DNA of 64,000 nucleotides from a candidate division TM6 bacterium GW2011_GWF2_32_72 (GTDB lineage Bacteria; Babelota; Babeliae; Babelales; CAIQNR01): NCBI GenBank assembly GCA_945882015.1, contig CAMCVM010000005.1, positions 7,376 to 71,375 of the forward strand, read 5' to 3'. Shown piece by piece: positions 55,023 to 64,000 of this stretch (position 1 is its first letter; each line of letters starts with the position of its first letter). The notes under the pieces were generated by a model. It saw only the letters and a program-made list of their open reading frames with translations, ran no database searches and was not told where the DNA came from. The position numbers and the translations under genes were made by a program.

Positions 55023-56405
55023 TTAGCGCAAAATATCTTCCTCTAGAGCTTTTAAAGTAGAACCGAACAAAGCATCTTTTTTAACTGTTTGTTCAATTTT
55101 TTCAAATGCATGTATCACCGTAGAATGATCTTTTCGCCCAAGAAATATTCCTATTTCACGCAATGATTTATCTGTCATCTTCTTCATTAAATACATAGCA
55201 ATCTGACGAACTAAAGACAACTCTTTTGCTCGTGAAGTAGAACGAAGATCAGAAAGACGGTATGAATAGCGCTTACAGACTAGGTGTGTGATCTTATTAA
55301 AATCAATTGAAATTTCTTCTTTTTTTGCTTGTTGACCGGCTAGAACTTTCTGAGCAAGCTCAAGCGAAAGCGGTTGCTTTGTTAGTGAAGCGTACGCTAA
55401 AATACGAATCAATGACCCTTCAAGCTCTCTAACATTTGAATCAGCCTTATGAGCAACATACTCTGCAATTTCATCATTAAGCGTTTCGCCATGAATTGCA
55501 GCTTTCTTTTTTAAGATTGCTATTTTTGTCTCCAAAGGAGGCTTATGAATATCAGTTACCAAACCCCATTCAAGACGAGAACGTAAACGCTCAGCTAGCC
55601 CTTCAATTTGACGTGGAAAAATATCACTGGAAAATACAATTTGCTTATGAGCATCATAAAATGCATTAAAGATATGGAAAAAAGCTTCTTGTGTTTGTTC
55701 TTTACCAGAAAGAAATTGAATATCGTCAATCAATAATACATCTAAATCACGATATTTTTGCTGAAACTGATGATATTTATTAAAACGAATTGAATTAATA
55801 AACTCATTAACAAATCTGTCTGCTGTTTGATACAGTACTACTAATTTCTCTTCTCTTTCTTGCAATGCATTGCCAATAGCATGCAACAAATGTGTTTTAC
55901 CTAACCCTGAGCCGCCATAAATATAAAGTGGATTGTAAAGCGTTCCTGATGCTTCTGTGACTGCATAGGCCGCAGCATATGATAAAGAATTATTAGGTCC
56001 AACAACAAACGTATCAAATCGATAAGAAGGATTAAGTTTTCCATACTGATAATGATAGCTTTTTTTAGCAACTTGAAACTGTGGCTGGTCAATTTCAACA
56101 CTTTTTTGTGCCGGAATAATAGTAGTCAGTGACTGTTTTTTTTCAGACTTTTCTTCTGTTTGACATAAAAAAATAACTTTAACTTCTGAAGTATTGAGCA
56201 ATCTACTTAAATGCAATTGAAAAAGAGCTGTATACTTGCTTGCAATCCATTCTTTAACAAACAAGTTAGGCGCTTTAACGTAGATAGTCTTGCAATCAAT
56301 GTCCCATTGCTCTAAAGAAACAGCTTTAAGCCATGTTTCAACAACACGGCTTCCTACCTCTTCTTTTACAATTTTTAAAAAATCTTGCCAGATATCAGAC
56401 AGCAC
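55023..56405 (-). CDS. dnaA: Chromosomal replication initiator DnaA
   Basis: YRFDTFVVG, NPLYIYGGSGLGKTHL, LLIDDIQF, RLRSRLEWGL, NVRELEG, GRKDHSTVIHA. Confidence 0.99.
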   Translation of the reverse strand: MLSDIWQDFLKIVKEEVGSRVVETWLKAVSLEQWDIDCKTIYVKAPNLFVKEWIASKYTALFQLHLSRLLNTSEVKVIFLCQTEEKSEKKQSLTTIIPAQKSVEIDQPQFQVAKKSYHYQYGKLNPSYRFDTFVVGPNNSLSYAAAYAVTEASGTLYNPLYIYGGSGLGKTHLLHAIGNALQEREEKLVVLYQTADRFVNEFINSIRFNKYHQFQQKYRDLDVLLIDDIQFLSGKEQTQEAFFHIFNAFYDAHKQIVFSSDIFPRQIEGLAERLRSRLEWGLVTDIHKPPLETKIAILKKKAAIHGETLNDEIAEYVAHKADSNVRELEGSLIRILAYASLTKQPLSLELAQKVLAGQQAKKEEISIDFNKITHLVCKRYSYRLSDLRSTSRAKELSLVRQIAMYLMKKMTDKSLREIGIFLGRKDHSTVIHAFEKIEQTVKKDALFGSTLKALEEDILR

Positions 56406-56482
56406 CGTTATGTTTCCCGAAATAGATTGATTGTGTTGTAAAGCTAACTTATTTTTAACTTTAATTTTATTATAAAAAGAGT

Positions 56483-57670
56483 CTACATGACATTAAAAAA
56501 CTCGGCAACTCCTTTATAAATCCCCTGAGCAAGACGCCTTTGATAGGAAGCTTTTTGTAATAATTTTGATTCTACCGCATGGGTTAAAAAACCAAGTTCT
56601 AAAAGTACTGATGGGGCTTGTGAATAACCCAATGAAATTTGTAACACTCCGTCGTCTTTTACTTTTCTGTCAACAATTGCTGGATTATCTTTTCTTGCAT
56701 GCTTTAAAACATTTTTATGAATTATCTGCGCAAGTTGCTGGCTTCGAGCGCTTATATTTTGATCACCTACTTTTTGATACGCTTGATTGATTTGTAATTG
56801 TGTAGTAAACATTCCGTCTTTATGACAAAATGTTTCGATACCTGAAGCATTACTATTTGCAGCAGCATTAGTATGGATAGAAATAAGAGCATGAGCATTC
56901 TTACACTGTTGAGCCAAAGTAGTTCTTTGGTCTAATGTTAAATGCTCATCCCCTTCTCGTGTTAAACAAACCTTAAATCCTTTTTTTTTTAGAAGTTTTT
57001 CAACTTCTAATCCAATTGCAAGATTAATATCTTTTTCTTTTAAATCACCGCGCATAAAACCTGTATCTTGCCCCCCATGGCCAAAATCAAGAATAATGGT
57101 TGGTTTTTCAAGTGAGGCCACTCTTCTAATTTTATTTTCAGCGGTAACCGTATTTACTTTATTAAGCGCTTGATTATCGCAAAAAACAAACATTATCCCT
57201 TGTTCACCGGTTATTGAAGTAAATGTTTGAAATTCAAGTCCTCGTTTTTTTGGTATAAAGGTAAGCTCATACCTTAACCCCTTAACAGGCGTTTCAACCG
57301 AACGCACTCTTATACAATAATCCTTATGACATTCTTTTCTGTTTATTTCATGCACTGCTTGTTTACTTTTATCGCTCATGTTTGTGCACGGAACAAAAAA
57401 ATTTAACGTAATAGGTACTTCAGAATCAATGAGTGATTGGTCGATTGCAGGTTGATCATAGCTACAAATAGGATTACCTTTGAATAAAAAAACATATTTT
57501 ACTCCAAGAAGCCCATCTATATGCTCAAATACTTTAGTCATTTCACATGTTCCATGAGAACGCGCCAACACAATAGTTGGCAAAAAAAACAACAAACTAC
57601 TGATAAATAACAAACTACCGATTGTTAGTTTTACCATACTTTTTCCATAAACCTTCATAGTACCCCCCAA
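56483..57670 (-). CDS. N-acetylmuramoyl-L-alanine amidase (Amidase_3)
   Basis: LDFGHGGQD, EKDINL, LTRE, ISIHTNA, VLLELGFLT; Cys-containing N-terminal domain. Confidence 0.93.
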   Translation of the reverse strand: MGGTMKVYGKSMVKLTIGSLLFISSLLFFLPTIVLARSHGTCEMTKVFEHIDGLLGVKYVFLFKGNPICSYDQPAIDQSLIDSEVPITLNFFVPCTNMSDKSKQAVHEINRKECHKDYCIRVRSVETPVKGLRYELTFIPKKRGLEFQTFTSITGEQGIMFVFCDNQALNKVNTVTAENKIRRVASLEKPTIILDFGHGGQDTGFMRGDLKEKDINLAIGLEVEKLLKKKGFKVCLTREGDEHLTLDQRTTLAQQCKNAHALISIHTNAAANSNASGIETFCHKDGMFTTQLQINQAYQKVGDQNISARSQQLAQIIHKNVLKHARKDNPAIVDRKVKDDGVLQISLGYSQAPSVLLELGFLTHAVESKLLQKASYQRRLAQGIYKGVAEFFNVM

Positions 57671-57788
57671 TATTTACACGTATCCACCTTTATACTTGCA
57701 GTGTAAATAAATGATTTACTAATTGTCAATAGAAAAAATTATATTGATCTTAAAAAAATAAGACCTTCAAGAATTTTACTCTTAAAAG

Positions 57789-58826
57789 TTAATAAATTAG
57801 TTGAGGTTTATAAGTCATTCTTTTGGAACGTTCCCAAGCTTGAATAAATTCATGAAGACCATAAAATGATAAAACTTTTTCATCTGTCTCAAAAGCAGGG
57901 TCATGACAAATAACTTCTTTTTTTTCAGCATCATATCCAATTACTACCATAAGATGGCCATGCTCATAAGGTTTTGCCGAACCGATCAGTGGACCTCTAA
58001 CACTTACTACAACAGGGATTCTTTGTTGTAGTAATTCATGCAAATCTTTAAATGACGAGAGTCTTACTGGATAAAATAAAACTTTCTCATTACATAATTC
58101 ATAAGCATAAGCGGTATTAAATGCCCAGTTTCCAAATGCTTTAAGTCCTGAATCATACACATGATCAGCAAATAATAAAGGATCTAAAATTCTTCCTTTT
58201 AAAGCTCCAACAACCATACTGACTGATGTTGGCGAACATAAAACAGGTGCTTGAGGGTGATTGACTAGAAATTGAGAAACTGCAGGGACAGCATTAATAA
58301 CAAAAGAGGACAACCCTCTACCTTGCTCTATCCAAGGCTCTGTTTTAAATTGTGTAAAATCAGATGCTGAAATAATAAGTGCTTTCATTAAAACTAAATC
58401 ATGTTTATGTGATGCTACCACTTTTACACGAAAAGCACTCGCTTTTCTTCCCCCTTCAAGTTCTAAACGGGCATGATGAAAAGTAGAACCACCAGATCGA
58501 TTAAAATAAGACTGTTGTATCTGATTTCCCCAATCAACTAGATGATGATAATCATACCACTTACCAGTATGAGCATCTTGCACTTGTACATAAAAAGAAA
58601 AATGGCCTTTTTCAGGACGTTGTGCATTCCATGCAAAAATCAATTGCGTAAAAGGAGCTAAATGAGTTTGCGTATAAACAAGTTCATGCTTATTTCTATT
58701 TTCATGCATTTCTTGCTGTGTAAAAACTTGCTTATATACTTTAGTCCAGTCAAAATCTTCATTGATCTGAATAACAGCATGCAATGACATACAAAAAAAA
58801 GGTGCCCAATATAAAAGATAGTTCAC
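57789..58826 (-). CDS. Secreted C39-like papain-fold peptidase
   Basis: Q..LCSPTSVSMV (Cys), GHLMVVIGYD (His), CHDPA (Asp). Confidence 0.85.
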   Translation of the reverse strand: MNYLLYWAPFFCMSLHAVIQINEDFDWTKVYKQVFTQQEMHENRNKHELVYTQTHLAPFTQLIFAWNAQRPEKGHFSFYVQVQDAHTGKWYDYHHLVDWGNQIQQSYFNRSGGSTFHHARLELEGGRKASAFRVKVVASHKHDLVLMKALIISASDFTQFKTEPWIEQGRGLSSFVINAVPAVSQFLVNHPQAPVLCSPTSVSMVVGALKGRILDPLLFADHVYDSGLKAFGNWAFNTAYAYELCNEKVLFYPVRLSSFKDLHELLQQRIPVVVSVRGPLIGSAKPYEHGHLMVVIGYDAEKKEVICHDPAFETDEKVLSFYGLHEFIQAWERSKRMTYKPQLIY

Positions 58827-58860
58827 ATAAACCCCTTTTAGTCTTATTTATTTATTATTA

Positions 58861-60162
58861 ATGATACCTTTATACCCTTTTATTTTGCAACCATTGATTT
58901 ATAAACCCTCTTGTTACTTAAATAAAAAAGTTCAAAAATTACAAAAAGGATTAGCCATGTTTTACCTTACCTTTTTTTCTTACGTATTACTTCTGATAAA
59001 ATTATCTTCTTTATCAGCAGATGCTGATGGGTTTTGCTCTGTTCCAGTTGCAGATTTAATCGGAACCCCAATGCATGTAGCCCAACAACAAAATCTGCCT
59101 ATTCAACAGTATAAGGATCAACCATATGCAAATGCTAGCAATGCATCCGTTTGCACTCGACTTTCTCAATTATTGTTTAACGAGTCGGTAAAAATTCTCA
59201 AAGAAGTTGGTGATGAGCTTTATGTGGAAATTTTACATTGGTATCATATTGCTGGTAATCCACCAAAAAAACAGACAACCTATTGGACACATAAAAATAA
59301 CATTACCCGTTTTGACACCTTATCACCCCTTGACCTTTCAAAAATTCCTGGGCAAATTTCTTTTTTGGAGCAAAATTTTAAAGTAGATGACATAGTAACT
59401 CTTAAAAATTTTTTCCATGATAAAAAATCGAACCTGGTTTATTCTGCCGGAACTCGTTTTGTAAAAACAAAAGAACAAAATCAAAAAAAATACTGCTCTG
59501 TGTTTGCTTTTAACCCCACAACAAAAAGCTTTTCTGTTCTCAATATTCCCAAAAAAATCTGCCTTGAAAACATTCTGAATAATCCAATAGAAAAACGTAA
59601 ACTTTTTGTTCAAGTTTTAAAAGAATGGTCTAATCAAAAAGGCTTTATTCCCTACGTTTTTGGTGGAGCAAGTATTGGTATGCCATTTGATCAAAACCGA
59701 TTTAAAGAAAAAAACATAAAGCATAACAATAAAAAAATAAGCTATTATAAACGTTCAACAAAAACTGAATACAAATATGGTACTGATTGCGCGCATACCA
59801 TTGCACGAGCTGCCCATATTGCACAAATTCCCTTATTTATTAAAAACACCACAACGTTTAAGCAAGAACTTACGCCCCTTAAAGCTCAAGATACTATTGA
59901 AAATGGAGATATTATTGTTTGGCAAGGGCATACAGTCGTGATCAGTGATATTCAAAAAGGGTTGCTGATTGAAGCTCGAGGCTATAATCATGGATACGGC
60001 ATCTTACAAGAAATCCCTTTTTCTGAGCAATTTCAAAACATTTTTTCAATGCAAGACCTTAAGGATGCTTATTTACATAAAACTCAGATCAACCGACTTG
60101 ACAAAACAGGCAAGATTGTTCAAAAAATTAATGATTTACAAATAATGAAACTTCCGATTTAA
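58861..60162 (+). CDS. NlpC/P60 (YkfC-like) peptidoglycan peptidase with SH3-like N-terminus
   Basis: SQLLFNESV, YVFGG, GTDCAH, GDIIVWQGHTVV, IEA. True start may be ATG 58957 (MFYLTF). Confidence 0.82.
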   Translation: MIPLYPFILQPLIYKPSCYLNKKVQKLQKGLAMFYLTFFSYVLLLIKLSSLSADADGFCSVPVADLIGTPMHVAQQQNLPIQQYKDQPYANASNASVCTRLSQLLFNESVKILKEVGDELYVEILHWYHIAGNPPKKQTTYWTHKNNITRFDTLSPLDLSKIPGQISFLEQNFKVDDIVTLKNFFHDKKSNLVYSAGTRFVKTKEQNQKKYCSVFAFNPTTKSFSVLNIPKKICLENILNNPIEKRKLFVQVLKEWSNQKGFIPYVFGGASIGMPFDQNRFKEKNIKHNNKKISYYKRSTKTEYKYGTDCAHTIARAAHIAQIPLFIKNTTTFKQELTPLKAQDTIENGDIIVWQGHTVVISDIQKGLLIEARGYNHGYGILQEIPFSEQFQNIFSMQDLKDAYLHKTQINRLDKTGKIVQKINDLQIMKLPI

Positions 60163-60200
60163 TACTTAATTATTAATGTAATTTTATTCCGGAGATATTT

Positions 60201-61469
60201 ATGAATTATAAATTATTATTTTTGACAATAAGCTTATTTACCAGCCAACTTGCAGCTGAGGATACGAATTATAAAGCAGTATGTATTGTACCTATTGCAA
60301 ATCTTTTTGGCAAAGGGATACATGAAAAATATCCAACACTCAATGCTGAATCTATCAAAGAGCTTTATACCTTCACTCAGTCACCGATAAATAACAGTGA
60401 TTGTCTGCGAATTCATCAAATGTTATTCCATGAAATAGGTACTGTTGTAGAACAAGTTGGAAACGAAGTTCGCATTCTTATTGATAATATTTTTTATGAC
60501 AACAATCTTTGGGATGGAAAGCAATCAAGTTATTGGACATTAGAAGAATACCTTGTTCCTTTAGAAACTATTGATAAAAAAGATCTTCTGCCGATTCAGC
60601 TTGATTATAAAAATCTTGAAACCTTTCAACCAGAAGAAGCTACTATTTTCACTCTCACAGAACCATTTAAAGATCAAATTACAGATATAACTTATTCAGT
60701 CAGAACTCGGTTTGTAATACTTAACGTAACAGCAGAAGTTGTTACGGTTGCACGTTACAATAATCATACAAATTTTATGGAATCAGTTGAAATACCTAAA
60801 AAATATGGAGTTATTAATAAATCGTTAAACGAAGAAGAAGCTGCTGAAAACGTATGTGGACTCTTAAAAAAGTGGGCTCAAAAACAAGAAGCGTTTGCGA
60901 CTTTACTGGGCGGCTGCAGTGGTACTGCTTATGTAAAACCAGGCAAAGCAGAGTTACAAACGTACCAATGCGGTGAGCAAATAAACTTTAAAGCATATTG
61001 TAATAGCGGAATTCAAGCTCCCTATTCTGGATTTGATTGCCCTGGATTGATCATGTCGGCATGCCAAATTTTTCATATTCCTTTTTGTGCAAAAAATACA
61101 ACAACTGCTCTTAGGTATTTACGTCCTCTTGACCAATCACAAGATTCGCTTGAAATTGGGGATATGATTATGGTCAAAGGATACTTAGGTATAATCGTTG
61201 ATTTAGAAAAAGGCCTTATAGCAGAAGCCCGTGGTAATACGTTTCACGAAGGAACTATTCGTGTTACTCATCTAAGAAATACTTTTTTAGGAATTAACAC
61301 CTATAAAGAGTTATTGAGCAAATATTTTGCCAAAGATTCGCTTACGTTAATAGATAAACAGGGAGCTGGAATTTTAACCATGCCATTTACTCTTTTAAAA
61401 TTTAGTAGCATCTTTGAGCCACATACTTGGAATAGTCCACGCCATCTTTTTAATTGGTCAGTTAATTAA
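60201..61469 (+). CDS. NlpC/P60 paralog with substituted catalytic His
   Basis: HQMLFHE, GFDCPG, KNTTT, GDMIMVKGYLG, AEARG; collinear with the upstream paralog. Confidence 0.78.
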   Translation: MNYKLLFLTISLFTSQLAAEDTNYKAVCIVPIANLFGKGIHEKYPTLNAESIKELYTFTQSPINNSDCLRIHQMLFHEIGTVVEQVGNEVRILIDNIFYDNNLWDGKQSSYWTLEEYLVPLETIDKKDLLPIQLDYKNLETFQPEEATIFTLTEPFKDQITDITYSVRTRFVILNVTAEVVTVARYNNHTNFMESVEIPKKYGVINKSLNEEEAAENVCGLLKKWAQKQEAFATLLGGCSGTAYVKPGKAELQTYQCGEQINFKAYCNSGIQAPYSGFDCPGLIMSACQIFHIPFCAKNTTTALRYLRPLDQSQDSLEIGDMIMVKGYLGIIVDLEKGLIAEARGNTFHEGTIRVTHLRNTFLGINTYKELLSKYFAKDSLTLIDKQGAGILTMPFTLLKFSSIFEPHTWNSPRHLFNWSVN

Positions 61470-61471
61470 AG

Positions 61472-62959
61472 CTATCTACCAGTTTTAATGAAAGATAATG
61501 CTTTTTCAATTGGCAATGATAAAAATTGTCTTTTTTGTGTATCAAGCAAAAGCCCATAGAAATTAAAAATTCTAAAAACACCATTCCCTTCAGCCGTAGT
61601 CAATAATAATCCATCTTGACTGATTGTTACCGACCGAGCCAAAGCCGATTCTGCTTTTAATGTTTTTAAACAATTACCTGTATTGGTTTGCCATATTTTG
61701 ATAGTTCCATCTTTTGAAGCTGTTACCAATAATGAAGCATCTTTATTAAATATTACAGAAAAAATTTCATCAGCATGTGCCTTAAAATTCTTAATTTTTT
61801 CACCAGTGGCAACATTCCATATTTGTAGAGAGTTGCTTTCTTTTACAGCTGCTACAAGTAAAGATGAATCAGCATTAAAATTAATTGGACCAAGACTACT
61901 GTGTTCATCAATTTCCAAAGTCCTTATAATTTTGCCTGTCTTGATATTCCACAGTGTTACAGCCCCATTACAGGAAGCAGCAAGAGATGTCGTTGCAAGT
62001 AAAAACCCATCTTGATGAAACGCCATTGATTGAGCAAAAATATTTGGATTTTTAAAGCTTTGCACACAACGACCAGTCTTACTATTCCAAATTTTAATAT
62101 TCTGATCACGTGCAGCAGTTGCAATATTTTGACCATCAGGACTGAACACAACTGCGGTAATAGGATCAGTATGTCCTTGTAAAATTACAGATTTTTCTTT
62201 TTTGATATCCCATAATCTTACCGTTGCATCATCAGAACCTGTAACAAAATATTGACCATGAGAGTTCATTGCAAGTGCATTCAATGAGCCAGTATGACCT
62301 TCAAACTTTTTTACGCATTCTCTTGTTTGCACATCCCATAGCCGAGCTTGTACATCAGAAGAAATAGTTAAAAGCGACAAACCATCTGGACTCAATACCG
62401 CGGATTTAACAACCCAAGCAGAATCATATAAAGTCACTAGTGGCTGATCTTTTTGCTCCCATAATTTCTTAAGTAAAAGGTTAGATAATTTTTCATTATT
62501 TAAAGCAGATAAGAGTTCATCATTAAGAACAGATTGAGCCGATGTTTTAACTATTTTTTTCTGTAATGCATTAATTATTAATTCTTGCCAATTAAAACGT
62601 ACCTGAAAATCTAAAAAATCTGCTGCTTTAAAAAGATTTACAAGTTCAAGAAGCTTACATGAATCAAGAATTTCAGTAATTTTTGCTGTTGATAATTCAA
62701 TAAAAGAATCAAGTTGTTCAAAAAGCTCTAAAGTAATGTCCTCTAAATCTATTTCCTGATAATTATCTCTAGAACGACACTGGTTTAAAATTCTCTTAAA
62801 ATAATTTTTACTCCACTTATCAACTACTTTTTGTTTATTACCATTAAAGAGCAGCACCATCATCTCTCTTTCTTTATTGTTTGATACTTTTTCAATTGAA
62901 TAAGAATTTTGCAATAAAAAATAAGTTAAAAGTGATAGATTAAACAACAATTTTTTCAT
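61472..62959 (-). CDS. Secreted Skp1/BTB-like plus seven-WD40 protein
   Basis: Signal peptide; IDLEDITLELFEQL..LVNLFKAADFLD; GH..WD repeats. Confidence 0.85.
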   Translation of the reverse strand: MKKLLFNLSLLTYFLLQNSYSIEKVSNNKEREMMVLLFNGNKQKVVDKWSKNYFKRILNQCRSRDNYQEIDLEDITLELFEQLDSFIELSTAKITEILDSCKLLELVNLFKAADFLDFQVRFNWQELIINALQKKIVKTSAQSVLNDELLSALNNEKLSNLLLKKLWEQKDQPLVTLYDSAWVVKSAVLSPDGLSLLTISSDVQARLWDVQTRECVKKFEGHTGSLNALAMNSHGQYFVTGSDDATVRLWDIKKEKSVILQGHTDPITAVVFSPDGQNIATAARDQNIKIWNSKTGRCVQSFKNPNIFAQSMAFHQDGFLLATTSLAASCNGAVTLWNIKTGKIIRTLEIDEHSSLGPINFNADSSLLVAAVKESNSLQIWNVATGEKIKNFKAHADEIFSVIFNKDASLLVTASKDGTIKIWQTNTGNCLKTLKAESALARSVTISQDGLLLTTAEGNGVFRIFNFYGLLLDTQKRQFLSLPIEKALSFIKTGR

Positions 62960-62968
62960 AAAAACCCT

Positions 62969-63742
62969 TTATTTTTTAAGAACTTTTTTAACTCTTAAAA
63001 ATCCATGAAACAGTAGGCCACCTAAAATATAGGTACTGACTATCATTAAAAAAAATGGATAACTGTGCAAAAGGCACCAGATTGCCAACCCAGTTATCAA
63101 TGCAATTTTTAAATAAGTTGCTGCGCGTTTCAAGGAAAGATTGTTTTTCTTAAAAGCAGGAAAACGAACGGTTGAAACCATTAAAAATGCGATTGATGCT
63201 ACAAGGCCAACCAGTACATTTTCATTAAGCAATCGACCAAGCGTGCTATCCAAAACAAGTTCATGGTACAAAACAATTTGCGCAAAAAAGAATGCTGCAA
63301 CCGTTGTAGGTAATCCTAAAAAAAAGAGGCTTTGATCATTTGCCGTAAGATTAAACCGTGCAAGCCTTAAAAGTCCCGCACAAAGATATAATACCAAAGC
63401 AGGAACAAATAAACCTGGGTTACCAAAACCATGAAGATACCAGCTATATAATAAAACTGCTGGCGCTAAACAAAATGAAATTGCATCACATAATGAATCA
63501 AGCTCTGAACCTAAGTCTCCTGCTGTTCCAAAAAAACGAGCCAGCCTGCCATCAATCGAATCCATTAAAGCTGCAGCCATAATAGATAAAGCCGCTGCTA
63601 TAAAATTACCTTCAATGGTTTTAATAATAGACAAAAAACCAAATGATACGTTTGCAAAGGTAAATAGAAAAGGAATCAGCTCTTTTACAGAGCTTTTTGA
63701 AATTTTCATGCGCCTCCTGACATACTGCAACAAAATGCTCAT
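62969..63742 (-). CDS. pssA: CDP-diacylglycerol--serine O-phosphatidyltransferase
   Basis: DSIDGRLAR..G.ELDSLCDAISF, LRLARFN, FLGLP. Confidence 0.95.
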   Translation of the reverse strand: MSILLQYVRRRMKISKSSVKELIPFLFTFANVSFGFLSIIKTIEGNFIAAALSIMAAALMDSIDGRLARFFGTAGDLGSELDSLCDAISFCLAPAVLLYSWYLHGFGNPGLFVPALVLYLCAGLLRLARFNLTANDQSLFFLGLPTTVAAFFFAQIVLYHELVLDSTLGRLLNENVLVGLVASIAFLMVSTVRFPAFKKNNLSLKRAATYLKIALITGLAIWCLLHSYPFFLMIVSTYILGGLLFHGFLRVKKVLKK

Positions 63743-63999
63743 TGCAGTCTTCCTAAAACAGTTTGTCCCCCGTAAACCCTTTGTCCTTCTTTTACGTCAA
63801 TTACAGCATCCTGTGGTAAAAAAATCTCAATGCGAGACCCAAATTTAATCATTCCAAACAGTTTTCCTGTTTGATTGATTATGTCGCCAGGCTTTACCCA
63901 ACACACAATAGTGCGAGCAATAGTGCCTGCAATTTGACGTACAAGAATAAGTTTACCTGTTTGAGTTTGCAAAAGTACATCGTTTCGCTCATTAAGCTC
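63739..63999 (-). CDS. psd: Phosphatidylserine decarboxylase, 3' part (continues beyond the window)
   Basis: LNERN, RQIAGTIARTIV, GMIKFGSRIEIFLP; ATGA overlap with pssA. Confidence 0.93.
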   Translation of the reverse strand, partial: ELNERNDVLLQTQTGKLILVRQIAGTIARTIVCWVKPGDIINQTGKLFGMIKFGSRIEIFLPQDAVIDVKEGQRVYGGQTVLGRLQ

Positions 64000-64000
64000 A

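Noticed and set aside
2206-63848. Numerous 60-110 aa ORF-track entries antisense to or nested in long genes (e.g. 3675-3980, 9867-10175, 33617-33904, 36912-37241, 51736-52044)
   Set aside because: Shadow ORFs fully overlapping well-supported genes; no SD or recognisable motifs.
1-64000. rRNA, tRNA, tmRNA, SRP RNA, IS elements, known anti-phage defence systems
   Set aside because: No cloverleaf, rRNA-like GC-rich tract, SRP loop, transposase or defence-gene motif recognised by eye; tRNAscan-SE, Infernal and DefenseFinder would be needed to exclude them formally.

Overview
AT-rich bacterial chromosome segment. I found no rRNA, tRNA, CRISPR array, transposase or prophage. Housekeeping genes (recA, infC-rpmI-rplT, zapB/zapA-rny, proS, xerD, dnaN-recF, ruvC, dnaB-rplI, lnt, ileS, murD, ftsW, pepA, rpiB, lolC/E, pgk, dnaA, pssA-psd) are interleaved with many signal-peptide orphans carrying eukaryote-like domains: a Kruppel-type C2H2 pair, C2HC/TRAF-like fingers with an NLS-like motif, a Skp1/BTB-WD40 fusion and a kinase-like fold. 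This pattern suggests an intracellular parasite of protists such as Candidatus Babelota/Dependentiae (TM6); that assignment is inference, not a database result. Main highlights: (1) a dif-like site at 19087-19114 where gene orientation and apparently GC skew flip, which would place dnaN-recF, dnaB and dnaA near the terminus; (2) a candidate host-interaction locus at 35.2-48.8 kb with a secreted C2H2 protein, a 2504-aa protein with an unannotated five-copy module, a membrane-anchored TrxR-Trx fusion and a protease-dead FtsH-like AAA ATPase; (3) a promoter/terminator-bounded structured RNA candidate at 15.5 kb; (4) a four-gene EamA array; (5) a peptidoglycan-hydrolase cluster with a probable NlpC/P60 pseudoenzyme; (6) a 62-bp tandem duplication that separates two convergent genes. 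All calls come from motif reading by eye; no searches were run.
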